Source of the DNA: Octopus bimaculoides
Lineage: Eukaryota
Reading direction: 5' to 3'
Assembly (NCBI RefSeq): GCF_001194135.2
Contig: NC_068988.1
Span: forward strand, 77,990,593 to 78,048,639
Length of the DNA: 58,047 nt
The position numbers and the translations under genes are program-made. Positions within the stretch are counted from its first letter, which is position 1. Every line of letters starts with the position of its first letter. The notes beneath the pieces are model-generated. The model was given only the letters and a program-made list of their open reading frames with translations, made no database searches and had not been told where the DNA came from. This document shows positions 1-12,109 of this stretch, piece by piece.

Positions 1-40
<40 letters not shown>
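1..40. repeat. (TA)n microsatellite
   Basis: Direct read. Confidence 0.95.
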
Positions 41-43
<3 letters not shown>

Positions 44-362
44 TGCAACTCAACATGTGGTGGAAAAAAATCTTTCCAACAAAGCTTTTCACTCATGTAT
101 ATATATATGAATGCATAAAAGAAGTTGAAAATGCATTGAAATTCATTTAGGTTTTTTTATTTCTTAATATCTAAAGACCTAACTGCTTTTATAGATTTCT
201 CTGATTTTCAAAAGTTGAGACAGAACGACATAGAGCTATGCTGCAACTATCTTGCTTGTGATTGGAGTTCAAAAATTCTCTTCCTTTTTATAGAGAGAAT
301 ATAGCTCAGATTTGTTTCTGTGTTGGATATAATTTGATTGGATGAAAAGTATTGTACGTTCC

Positions 363-445
363 CATGTGACAATATGATTGGTGCCATAAGTTAAAGCTCT
401 CACCATGACAGCTTTAACTTATGGCGCCATAAATATTATCACATG
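363..445. other. 83-nt hairpin/palindrome (pre-miRNA-like geometry or mini-MITE)
   Basis: 379-398 pairs with 410-429 (20 bp, one G.U), with an 11-nt loop; outer stem 363-375 pairs with 433-445 after a 3x3 internal loop. Confidence 0.85.
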
Positions 446-504
446 ACATTAAAGAACAGACATGTTTTTATTACATTCGTATATTTTCTTCTTTATATTC
501 TTTT

Positions 505-673
505 ATTTTTTTATTTGTTTCAGTCATTTGACTGTGATCATGCTGGAGCACTGCTTTTAGTCAAACAAATCAACCCCAGGACTCATTCTTTGTGAACCTA
601 GTACTTATTGTATCAATCTCTTTTGCCAAACCACTAAGTTGTCAAGCAATGGTGGGGGGACAAACACAGACAC

Positions 674-738
<65 letters not shown>

Positions 739-900
739 ACGTGCTTCTTTCAGGTTCGGTCTATCAAATCCACTCACAAGGCTTTGGTTGTCCTGAGGCT
801 ACTGTAGAAGACACTTGCTATAGTAGAAGACCTGTGCCATGCAGTGGGACTGAACCCAGAACTATGTGGTTGGGAAGCAAGCTTCTAAACACACAATCAC
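505..900 (-). mobile_element. tRNA-derived SINE, family A (internal microsatellite)
   Basis: Reverse complement of the repeat at 2707-3134, 16133-16495 and 54221-54620; head GTGGT(T)AAG...GGTTCAGTCCC; internal (TA)n at 678-735. Confidence 0.85.
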
Positions 901-962
901 AACTGATTCTTTTTACCTGTTATGTCCAAAATAATAGGTTATTTTAACTTCCTTTAATATCT

Positions 963-2335
963 ATTTGTCATTATCATCATTTAACATCTGTTGTCCAAGC
1001 TGGCATGGAGTGGACAGTGTGACCCAGAGCCTGCAAGCCAGTTGTTGGTGGTGGCGGTGGGGGAAAGCACCAGACTCCTGTCTGATTTGTCATGGTATCT
1101 AGAGCTGGATGCTCTTCCTAATGCCAACCACTTCACAGTGTGTGCTAGATGCTTTTATGTGACACCACCATGGGTGCTTTACGCAACCAGAAGAATTGGT
1201 CTTAACACTTCTGCTGTGGGATACAGGTCTTCTTGAGTACAGCCAAGTGCCAGGTATCTTGGTCCTTTGTCATTCCCACTGAAAGGTTCAGCTCCCCGAG
1301 GTTATACTTCAGTACTTCATCCCATGTCTTCCTGGGTCTCCCACTTCCATGTGTTCCATCCTCTTTGAGAGATTGGCACTTCTTTATGGAGCTGTTGGCA
1401 TCCATCTGCATCATGTGACCAAACCAGCACAATCTCCTCTCTTGCACACAGCAACAAATTCCTCTTATGCCTAACTTCTCTTTTAGAACACTGGCACTCT
1501 GTCAAACTTACTTTACACATCCAGCAGAGCATACTAGTCTCATTCCTTTCTAACCTTCACATGTCCTCTGTATTCATTGCCCATGTCTCACTATCATGTA
1601 GAATTGCTGTCCATAAACATGCATCATACAATCTTCCTTTCACTCAAAGAAGGAAACCAGTTGTGGCCAACAAAGGTAACAGTTCTCTGAATTTCCTCCA
1701 TCCTATTCTTATTCTAGCAATCACGCTCTCCGTGCATTCTCCCACCCCCCGCTACTTATTTGGTCTCCTAGATAGCAGAAATTTTCTTCTCCCTCTAATG
1801 AACCACAAGGGCATTTGAGAAAATTAATTTCCTGAGTCTCTAAAGTTTTTAAGGATCCTGTACATCTTCCACATATGAAAACTATCTTCTTTGATAACCT
1901 TCTAATTAACCCACTGCACTGGGTACACTGTATGGAATTCCAGCCTACAACTTTCCTACAAACAGAACAGGGCTACTAGGACCTTAGTCTTTGCCAAGCT
2001 AACCTTAAGGCCCTTAGATTCCAAGTTTTTCTTCTACACCTGGAGATTTTTTACTTATCTCTGATATGGAATCCACTATGAGGGCAAGATCATCTGTATA
2101 TAGTAGTTCTCAGGGGCTGCCATTCTTGAATTCCTGTTATAGCTTATGGAACAATGAAAAGGAGAGGACTAAGGACTGAGCCTTGATGAACCCCTACCTG
2201 TACACTAAATTCTTTGTTACACTTGTGGTTAACTCTCACCTTGCTGACAACATCTTTGTACATGGCTTGTACAGCTTTCATGAGCCATTCATCTATTCCT
2301 AACCTCATCAGTGCCCAACATGTCACAGCGGGACA
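963..2335 (-). mobile_element. RTE-clade LINE, 5'-truncated and decayed (RT, PHD-like finger, thumb, 3'UTR, (TGA)n tail)
   Basis: ORFs 2144-2326 (VQVGVHQGSVLSPLLF) and 1202-1447 (ERRLCWFGHM...GRPRKTWDEV); 3' tail ...GTTAAATGATGAT at about 965-990. Confidence 0.9.
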
Positions 2336-2552
2336 CTCTATTGAAGGTTTTCTATTGTATTATAAATTATAGAGTTAATTAAATTTGAACTCTATAATTA
2401 TCTAATTATTAGTATTTAGATTTAAACTATCAGAGAAAACGATTATGTTCAATATTGAAATATTATTTCAAAAACTTTTTTTTATTTTTCAATCGAGGAA
2501 CTAACATAAAAATCATTTGCTTTATATAGAGGTTTGATGCAGAGCTCCTTAA

Positions 2553-3208
2553 CCCTTTACCATTCAAACCATCCATATCCAGCCAAGATATTCTGTCTGC
2601 TTTATGTTCAAACTGGCCAGATCTTGCCTCTCACACCTACCCTACAATGTCATTCTAAAAATAAATCATCAAATCATCAAAATTTTGATGTTACAAGATA
2701 ATATGATAGGTGCAGGAGTGGCTGTGTGGTAAGTAGCTTGCTTACCAGCCACATGGTTCCAGGTTCAGTCCCACTGCATGGCACTTTGGGCAAGTGTCTT
2801 CTACTATAGCCTCGGGCCGACCAAAGTCTTGTAAGTGGATTTGGTAGATGGAAACTGAAAGAAGCCCGTCGTATATATGTATATGTATACATATATATAT
2901 ATGTGTGTGTGTATGTGTTTGTGTGTCTGTGTTTGTCTCCCCTCCAACACCGCTTGACAATCAATGCTGGTATGTTCACGTCACCGTAACTTAGTGGTTC
3001 AGTAAAAGAGACAGAGAGAATAAGTACTAGGCTTACAATGAATAAGTCCTGGGGCCAATTTGCTCGACTAAAGGCGGTGCTCCAGCATGGCTGTAATCAA
3101 ATGACTGAAACAAGTAAAAGAGTAAAAGAGAGAGTAATTCATGATTAATTTGAAGCAATGTGAGTAAATAAGCATTATATTTGACAAAATAGTCTGAATG
3201 CTAAAGGG
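2553..3208. mobile_element. piggyBac-like MITE with a nested SINE
   Basis: TTAA at 2549-2552 and 3209-3212; TIRs CCCTTTACCATTCAAAC / CCCTTTAGCATTCAGAC; same family at 54035-54654. Confidence 0.8.
2707..3134 (+). mobile_element. tRNA-derived SINE, family A, full length
   Basis: TAGGTGCAGGAGTGGCTGTGTGGTAAG head, B-box-like GGTTCAGTCCC, internal (TA/TG)n, (GTAAAAGA)n tail. Confidence 0.9.
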
Positions 3209-3339
3209 TTAAATACTGAACTCAAAGTCCAATATTTTCTGTTTCTTAGAATAAATGATGAACCATTTTACAAATCCATTTTGCAGTTAAAAAATAGAAT
3301 GTTGGGTATGTGATGTCTGAGTGGTATTTCTAATCTTTT

Positions 3340-4740
3340 ACATTTCTATTTTCTACATTCAAGGTAAAGGTGATCTGTTTATGTGTAAAAGATAAGTGGG
3401 TTTTGAAAGGAAATTGTGAAATGTAAGACCTTTCCTTCATATCCTTGGAATAAATCTTTAACATTAGGGTGCATCCTAAAAATGAAAACTTCATCAGATT
3501 TCTTCTCATGATGGGTGAATACTCCCAGTTTGCTTGATATAATAAACAAAGCACTTATTTATCTGAAGAATCTTAGCTATGACATCAATTAAAACGAACG
3601 ATATTTTAAGATAAACTTACATTTTGTTTGTTTTAGTTTATTCATGAATACTTGGTAACAATGATTTCTCATAGGTATATACGTTGTGATAAATTTCTAG
3701 GTCTGTATTATTTACATGAATTGCAAGAAATACAAGGCAAATTTCCTCAGTAATGACTTATTAGAAATAGAGAAAAGACAACAGTTGAAACATTGTGTCT
3801 TCTGTTTGAAAACACTGACTCAGAGTATTTCAGAAATAATCATATGAAGAAACAATTCAATTATTTGTAGTCACATCTCCCTTTTGTAGGAACTCTTTGA
3901 GAATTTCGAAATAGTTGACAAAGAAAAAAGATTAGAAAGAAATAGGAAAGAAATGTGTGAGAGATCAAGGAGCCTAGCTTTGAAGTGGTTGATTACCTGA
4001 AATGTTTAAAGAGAACACGAAATGTAAATCCAATAAGCTTATTGGACTTTCTGCTTGGTCAAGGGCTTGGGATGTAATCCTTTCTTTGAACCCACTAGCA
4101 TCTAATTGTTATTATAATAAGGAGCTGCTTTGCCAAATATTTCTTTGTTAGGTGAGAGTTTAGAAATCCATATACTAATGCTATTGATTTAGTTTTTAAA
4201 AACTATGAACAAGTGGTAAGAACCTGTGTGCATAGGTTATTAAAAGGTTTTTTTCCAAATACCTATGGAGTATGCTGAGAAATGATCAGGGGATCATTTC
4301 AATGTAATTCTATATTTAATGTATTAAATTTCTTACTTCATTTGTCAAAAGTGGTGATTGCAATTGTCTGCATTACTGAAGGACACCACACTGACTTTGA
4401 ATGAACCTGTATGATTTGATATTGTTTGGTGTAGGTTGAATCTTTGTTGAAGAGCAGAGGCCTTTGAGTATGCATAATAGCTTTGATACCATTATGACTT
4501 GTATGACTATACTCCCAGGTGAAGTTGAGAGAGATAATGCAAAGAGATTTAGAAATCAAAAGATACAATTTGATGTTGTCAAATTGAGTGAACTTAAAGT
4601 GGAATTTGTTGCTAATACTATTCAATCAACTAATTATAATGCTACTGCCATTGAATTGGTAAGATTTGGTTGTCTTCTTTATATTATTGTTAACATTTCT
4701 TAAGATACTCATGTTAATTAATTCTCTTTCAGCTTCTGTG
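3340..4740 (+). pseudogene. Heavily decayed coding-like segment, possibly a Helitron Pif1 helicase relic
   Basis: One frame with scattered stops reads FNIRVHPKNENFIRFLLMMGE...RYIRCDKFLGLYYLHELQEIQGKFP...QFNYL*SHLPFVGTL*EFRN; loosely in the order of the Helitron NMR/FxxxLLxIG, AILCPKN, FLNSL-SGLPP and VG-LLRN motifs; ORF 4464-4703 unassigned. Confidence 0.25.
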
Positions 4741-5229
4741 GGATTAAGCTACATTTTGGATTTGAAGTGAAACTCTCTCTTTGTGTTTCTTAATTGTTCT
4801 GTATACACATTTAAAACTTAACTAAACATACTATCTTATTTAATTTCATTTTCGTGCTCCAGTGTTTATATTATTGTGTGTATGAGTCTTTTATATAATT
4901 TTAGGTTATGCTAATTATTAAATAGTTATCTATAAGCATTATTCTCTACTTTATAATGACAATTTGTTTTGCCTGAAGATGTAAATTTTAATTCCTAATA
5001 AGCTTAAAGTCATTGCAGGAATAGTAGTGGTATTGTAATTAGTTGGTACACTAGTATCAGCAATAAACACCATTCTTTGTTGCTCTATGCTCATTCAGCT
5101 TTGAAATATATCTTTCAGTTTCTAACTTTCTATTATCTCCCTATACTTCACCAGAGTATATAGTAAAACAATGTTAATAATATTGATATTACTATGTATA
5201 TTTAAAGGACTCTGATCTTAGATCAAGAT

Positions 5230-5830
5230 ACCTCAGTATGAAGTCATTCATTAGCACAAACTTTTGCAATCCCATTGGTCCTTATATAGATAATAAACAT
5301 GAAGTTTACTATTATAAAAAAGGGATTCTACATGTGTCTAGCTTATGTACACCAGATACATTAAGGAAATACTCTCTGCCTTCTAATTCCATATATAGGC
5401 CTCATAAGATGATCTGGCTCACACTCACTTTTTCTTTAACCAAATCAGATCTTGTATGATCATTCTTAAGTCTAATTGATAAATATTTCCCCATTAACCA
5501 AGGCTACAGAAAGCTCTTCAACAAAAACCATCTGAAAGTGAGATACAGCTGTACCTCGAGAATGAAAAATATTACAAAAGGAATGCGAACCAAATTTATG
5601 GAAGTTAAGTGCTGGAACACCAACACATGACTAATCATGCAGGACAAAGGTGATGATATATTTGAAGCAGAAGTTATCTCTACTAAACGAAACAGGATAA
5701 AGGACTACATTGGTATTTGTGGAAGGTAGGTTAAAATATTGTTAATTCAACTGTGCAGTTACTTCCACAAAAAGGGAGAAGAGGAATATAGCAATATTAC
5801 TGAGTTATCTCTTGAATTTAAAGAGTATGA
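5230..5830 (+). mobile_element. Penelope-like element fragment (thumb to GIY-YIG)
   Basis: RPHKMIWLTLTFS...FLSLIDKYFPINQGYRKLFNKNHLKVRYSC, homologous by eye to 13350-13530 (RHRKIIWFT...SLIDRHLPIYHKYRQLFDRNNLKISFS). Confidence 0.75.
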
Positions 5831-6239
5831 TACTGATTTTGACATCAAGTGGAAAATGGCGAAAGACGTTTTTTTTTAAAATTCTCTCATAAAATTAGTA
5901 GCAATGATATATTAGTTCATACATTGACTTCTCTTGCTTTAAGTCATCAACTTAAGTCTGTATGTATATATATATATGTATATGTGTGTGGATGTTTGAT
6001 TCAAACTCCTTGGTAATCTGAATTTCAAGCGTATCTCTAGTTTTTGGCCATTGAAGTCTGAATGAGAGTTCAATTGAAGAGAGTTAATGTTTACTACTGA
6101 ACATTAGCCCGTGGCTGGTCGAGAACGGTCATGCAGTGTCACAATTTGATGTTGGTATTTCAGCAACAATAATTGCTTAGAAGATACCACATGGTGGACA
6201 GGAAATTGGTTGTGTGGCTGGGGAAAGTTGGAAGGAGCA

Positions 6240-6640
6240 GTAGATGTGGGAGTATATATGTATATATGTGTACATGTATGTGCCCATATTTCTGTGTGCA
6301 TGCCTCCATACTTATACAAGTGTGTATGTGTATGTAGATGTACATTCACACATCTGTACACATGTACATGCACACACACGAAGGCACACACATGCACACA
6401 CATTTACACACATACACATTTACACACATAAAAATTTACACACACACACAAGAGAGCACATGTACATATGTGAACACGCATTGGTCCATAGGTATATGGG
6501 TGTGCATGCATGTACATGTACAGCAGTGTACACAAATCCTTGGGTATGCATACAGTGAGCTGATGCATTCATGGACCCATGCATATGTGTGCATGCAAGT
6601 GCATATACTTATGTAGCCATGTACAGGGGGTGAGAGTATG
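6240..6640. repeat. Degenerate (CA/TA/TG) low-complexity tract
   Basis: Direct read. Confidence 0.85.
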
Positions 6641-6909
6641 CGGATAGGCAGGCATGAAGAAGTGTTGGAGATTGGTGATTTGCAGTGCTGTTCATGTGGG
6701 TTAGCTAGTGACGGTGACCTTGGTGCAGGTGATGCTGGGAGTGGCTGGTACTAAGGAGGTATATCCGGGTTGTTGGCAGCTAGTGGCTTGAAATTTCACA
6801 GAATGGTGTACCTCTGGTGACAGCAGTATGATACCTCATATTTCTTGTTGATGGATACTGCAGGTTGGGAGATGATATGCAGTTTTTCGTGGAAGCACAG
6901 TTGGCAATA

Positions 6910-6964
<55 letters not shown>

Positions 6965-6987
6965 ACACGCATCACTTATATACAGGG

Positions 6988-7189
6988 TGTACTGTTTGTT
7001 GATAAGATTAACAAAATCACATGATACATATGACTTAATGAATACAGCATTATATGTGAGCTACTTCAAGTTTTATGCTCAAATCACAAACCCCTTCAGA
7101 TAGATGGCCTAGACAAATCACAAACCCCTTCAGGTAGATGGCCCTGCAAAAAAATAAATTAAAATAAATACATATTAATGTGTATGTAA

Positions 7190-7220
<31 letters not shown>

Positions 7221-7373
7221 TACATATATAAACGTGTGTGCTTATATATGTATATACACCCATATCCTGCACATACTGTACTGTTTGTTGATTGGATCAG
7301 CAAAAATCACACGATAAATATAATTTAATGAATAATACAGCTTTATGTGTGCTACTTCAAGTTTTATGCTCAG
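6988..7373 (+). repeat. Diverged ~95-bp direct repeat pair, with a 36-bp tandem duplication between the copies
   Basis: TACTGTTTGTTGAT...GCTACTTCAAGTTTTATGCTCA at about 6988-7082 and 7278-7373; AAATCACAAACCCCTTCAG(A/G)TAGATGGCC twice at 7081-7145; partial inverted copy at about 7790-7818. Confidence 0.8.
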
Positions 7374-7815
7374 ATAGTGCAGTAATCAGATGGTCTTGTA
7401 TAGCGTACAGTAGTTGTATAAGAAGAAATGTTAAGAAACATTCTAAAGAAAAGGAGGGGGTAATAGAATCTAGGTTGTGTGCTTTTAAATCATTAAATGA
7501 AGAATATTGTTAATGTTGAGTCTATAAAGTATTTTAGATGACAACCTTGTTAAAACATTAGGTAATCACTGATAACAATTTTCTTCATTGAATGGGTTAA
7601 TGCATAAGCTAGATTCTTTGAGAAGAATTATCCTCATTTTATTTAGAATATTTCCTTAACTATTTTTTCTCATTTTTCTAGGTATTTCTCTCATTTTCCT
7701 ATATTTCTTTATGGAATAATATTGTTGTTTGAGCCTGAATAGTTTTTGGATCATGCAGGGGATGCTACACAAGCCCTGTTCAATTTCTGCATCATCTGAG
7801 CATGAAATTTGAAGT

Positions 7816-7817
<2 letters not shown>

Positions 7818-7866
<49 letters not shown>

Positions 7867-7895
7867 GCACGCACGCAAGCACGCACGCACGCACG

Positions 7896-7937
<42 letters not shown>
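7818..7937. repeat. (CA)n/(CG-CA)n microsatellite
   Basis: Direct read. Confidence 0.95.
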
Positions 7938-7938
<1 letters not shown>

Positions 7939-8309
7939 CAAAATAAGCAACAAGGATATCCAGAGGCAATGCAGTAAAATCATTTCATGCAACTCCATTT
8001 AATTGAACAATGTAAACATTACATCAAATATAAAATGTAGAGCAATCTTCAGCTGCACAAAGATATAGAAATTTAATGAAATTACATTTGAACAGAAGGA
8101 CATATTTTCATAATTAAATCTAAACTCTCGAAGTAGAAAGGAGAAATACAAAAACACATTTTGACTTAGCCAGACCATGAAACGATCGTACTGCCTTACT
8201 TCTGGATATCATTGTTGCTTATTTTGATTTTAGTCACCTTATTTTGAAACTGTATGGATAATACCATACTAAATTCTGGTGCCTAAACTTAAGTACCATA
8301 TTCACCTGA

Positions 8310-8343
<34 letters not shown>

Positions 8344-8356
8344 ATATATATATATT

Positions 8357-9114
8357 ATATAAAGGGCATTAACTGTGTATCAATGCCTCACGCTATCGAG
8401 GGACTAAATAAGTAAAAAAACTACCAAAAATGCCCTTTATATATAATTAAATATACCTATGAAGAAACGATGAATTTTTTCATTACAAAATTTTTCGTTA
8501 TTTTTTCACTGAGGTTTTTTCACGCTGACTACTTGATAAATTCTTATAAAGAATTTATCCTTATATTATATTATAAATAATTAGAATATATTCAGTGCTG
8601 AATATCATTCTGTATAAGCACATGTTACCGAGATGCAACTGGATAAATTCAAATCTCATTCAGGGAAATATAATTGTGAACAAAAGTCATCGTTGCTGTG
8701 ATGGCTACATCATGGTAAGTGATTCTTGTTTATTTTTATATATCTTGACCATACGTGTACTGATGAACAAAAGAATACAGGTTACTTCACAGTTTTTTCT
8801 GTATTTGATTGAGAAACCAGTGGTCTACCGTTGAGTTAAATGTTTTTAAGAGATAAATTTTGAAAAGCTGCATTCCCTCGCTTTCGGTAAATATGTTGCT
8901 TATTTTTGGTAGTTTTTTTTACTTATTTAGTCCCTCGATAGCGTGAGACATTGATACACAGTTAATGCCCTTTATATATAATTAAATATATCTATGAAGA
9001 AACGATGAATTTTTTCATTACGAAATTTTTCGTTATTTTTTCATTATGAGGTTTTTTCACACTGACTACTTGATAAATTCTTATAAAGAATTTATCCTAT
9101 ATTATATTATATAA
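8357..9114 (+). mobile_element. Non-autonomous cassette A-B-C-A'(inverted)-B with a 535-bp tandem period (PLE pLTR-like or retrozyme-like)
   Basis: 8357-8431 is an inverted repeat of 8902-8977; 8431-8575 is directly repeated at 8966-9114; an HHR motif lies inside; the cassette runs into an N gap. Confidence 0.7.
8753..8831 (+). ncRNA. Type I hammerhead ribozyme candidate
   Basis: CUGAUGA 8760-8766; stem II CAA/UUG plus AAUACAG/CUGUAUU; GAAA 8813-8816; stem III ACCAGUGGU; GUC cleavage after 8825; stem I ACG(U)GUA/UACCGU. Confidence 0.6.
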
Positions 9115-10110
9115 NNNNNNNNNNNNNNNNNNNNNNNNNNNNNNNNNNNNNNNNNNNNNNNNNNNNNNNNNNNNNNNNNNNNNNNNNNNNNNNNNNNNNN
9201 NNNNNNNNNNNNNNNNNNNNNNNNNNNNNNNNNNNNNNNNNNNNNNNNNNNNNNNNNNNNNNNNNNNNNNNNNNNNNNNNNNNNNNNNNNNNNNNNNNNN
9301 NNNNNNNNNNNNNNNNNNNNNNNNNNNNNNNNNNNNNNNNNNNNNNNNNNNNNNNNNNNNNNNNNNNNNNNNNNNNNNNNNNNNNNNNNNNNNNNNNNNN
9401 NNNNNNNNNNNNNNNNNNNNNNNNNNNNNNNNNNNNNNNNNNNNNNNNNNNNNNNNNNNNNNNNNNNNNNNNNNNNNNNNNNNNNNNNNNNNNNNNNNNN
9501 NNNNNNNNNNNNNNNNNNNNNNNNNNNNNNNNNNNNNNNNNNNNNNNNNNNNNNNNNNNNNNNNNNNNNNNNNNNNNNNNNNNNNNNNNNNNNNNNNNNN
9601 NNNNNNNNNNNNNNNNNNNNNNNNNNNNNNNNNNNNNNNNNNNNNNNNNNNNNNNNNNNNNNNNNNNNNNNNNNNNNNNNNNNNNNNNNNNNNNNNNNNN
9701 NNNNNNNNNNNNNNNNNNNNNNNNNNNNNNNNNNNNNNNNNNNNNNNNNNNNNNNNNNNNNNNNNNNNNNNNNNNNNNNNNNNNNNNNNNNNNNNNNNNN
9801 NNNNNNNNNNNNNNNNNNNNNNNNNNNNNNNNNNNNNNNNNNNNNNNNNNNNNNNNNNNNNNNNNNNNNNNNNNNNNNNNNNNNNNNNNNNNNNNNNNNN
9901 NNNNNNNNNNNNNNNNNNNNNNNNNNNNNNNNNNNNNNNNNNNNNNNNNNNNNNNNNNNNNNNNNNNNNNNNNNNNNNNNNNNNNNNNNNNNNNNNNNNN
10001 NNNNNNNNNNNNNNNNNNNNNNNNNNNNNNNNNNNNNNNNNNNNNNNNNNNNNNNNNNNNNNNNNNNNNNNNNNNNNNNNNNNNNNNNNNNNNNNNNNNN
10101 NNNNNNNNNN
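9115..10110. other. Assembly gap
   Basis: N run. Confidence 1.
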
Positions 10111-10129
10111 ATATATATATACATAAATA

Positions 10130-10833
10130 TGAGGGAGAGTCAAAAATTATATGGACTCTTGTTTTTTCTATGTATTTACACATAAGCAGGGGATAAACAA
10201 TGTCATTTTCTATATAATTTCTTTCCTTTTTGATGCACTTGGTCCAGCAGTCCACATGCTTGCATATTCCTTCCATGAAGAAGGTTTTCAGTTGGTCATG
10301 CAATCATTTATGTACTGCTTCCTTCACCTCTTCATCTGTAGGAAATCAATGACCTCATATCTTTGAGTGGTCCAAAAATATGATAGTTGGGAGGGGTGAG
10401 ATCTTGGCTGTGCGCAGGGTGTTCCAGCATGTCAAAACTTAATTGGTTAATGATTTCAATGGTCTGGGTGACCATGTGTGGGCATGCATTGTCATGCAGC
10501 AACAAAACTTTCATTGACCATAGGCTTTGGCATTTGGTACAAATTGCTGGGTTCAGTTTGTTGGCCAGCAAAGTACTGTATCTTGCACTGTTGATTGCAC
10601 TCCCCTTTTCTATAGAAATCAAATCATTGCTCTTTATTCTTCTTTGGTGCACATTGCGAGTGAAGTGGCCATGCTTACACTGTAAAGCCAGAAAGAAAAA
10701 TGGCACAATCAGGCTAAATTTCGATCACATGACCGCAATCGGGCCAACTATAAGCATGTATGTGCAGAAAGCTGTGCAACAGTAATAAAGATATGTTACG
10801 GCAAAAGAGCAGATAATTTTTGACTTTCCCTCA
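10130..10833 (-). mobile_element. Mariner (irritans-like) internal-deletion derivative with both TIRs
   Basis: TIRs TGAGGGAGAGTCAAAAATTAT / TGAGGGAAAGTCAAAAATTAT flanked by TA; LLLHDNACPH...LEHPAHSQDLTPPNYHIFGPLK; C-terminus FFMEGICKHVDCWTKCI. Confidence 0.9.
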
Positions 10834-10864
10834 TATTTATATATATATATTTAGAAATATTAAT

Positions 10865-10907
<43 letters not shown>

Positions 10908-10931
10908 GTACATTATCGTTATTGTTAAGAC

Positions 10932-11140
10932 AGCAAGCTAGCAGAATTGTTGGCATTTCAGGCAAAATGCTTAGTGGCATTTCATCTGTCTTTATGTTCT
11001 GAGTTCAAATTCCCTCAAGGTCATCTTTATCTTTCATCCAATTGAGGTCAACAAAATAAGTACCAATTGAGCACTAGGGTTGATGTAACTGACTTACCCA
11101 CTCCCTCCAAATTGCTGGCCTTGTTCTAAAATTTGAAATC
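10932..11140 (+). mobile_element. tRNA-derived SINE, family B
   Basis: AGCTAGCAGAATTGTT head, GAGTTCAAATT B-box, TTTCATCC...AAATAAGTACC body; other copies at 31330-31510, 37790-37995 (-) and 55600-56350. Confidence 0.8.
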
Positions 11141-12109
11141 ATTATTATTGTTGCTGTCTTTATTCCCATACTATATAATGTTAAAATAAATGTGATTAAT
11201 TACAGACAGCCATAGGTGTCACTTTATTTGAGCTTTTCAACCAGATGAGATATTTCAAATGAGGAATCTGTAGTAAAGAATGGTGTGGGATGTTTCAGAA
11301 CATAAGTTCTCATGAAAATGGAATGTATACAGGGGATGGCTACTAGTGGCAGGAGAATTATGATGTTTCTTTTTATTCCTCTTTACTTCATTCCCTCTCC
11401 CAATCTTAAACAATTCACCTAACCTGTCAACAACCTGTCTTCTAGCCCATGACTCCTGACCTATCATTTCTATATTTATATTGATTTATGTTATTTATAT
11501 AGATTATTTGTATTAATTTAAAACACTGATTATAGATGAATTCTACCTAGTTAACACTATTTATCATACCTTTAAATTTTATGTTTTTCTTTACTATCAA
11601 GATTGTTTTCTGTAGCATTTCACATTCCTACATAAACTACAGTTACATCCCCCCACCACCTATACTATTAACTTGTTTCTTAATTTTGATTTTTTCTATT
11701 AACAGCTAAATTTCTCTTGTTTATTACTTTCACCCAATATTAAATTATAATCTCCTTCCTTCCTTCCTTCCTTTCTTTTCTTTTATAAGTCTTATGTTCT
11801 CCCAGTATTTAGTCATAATTCTTTCTTAAACATTTGCTGAGACACCATAATTATTCCATCAATACTACCCTTTCTCACATTTATTTCAATTTAGTATAAA
11901 ATATTTTCATTTTTATTCAAAAAATCCTTGTGCTCATTCCATTCTTTGTTATAAATTTATCAACTGCCTAATATCTTATTCACTTGAAGAATGAACTATA
12001 TGGCCATCTGCGACAAAACAGTTATTTTAATGAACTCGTGATTATATATTTATGGATCTTTGTGTATGTGTCTGTGTATGTATATATTTATGGATATATA
12101 TATGTATAT

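Noticed and set aside
4152-4660. Putative exons ending in GTAAG donors at about 4216 and 4659
   Set aside because: No consistent acceptor/frame and no partner exons; surrounded by stop-ridden frames
11250-11950. Possible inverted PLE GIY-YIG relic (GGGGCNCSLCRNVKC); similar weak signal at 7400-7790
   Set aside because: Too decayed to support by eye
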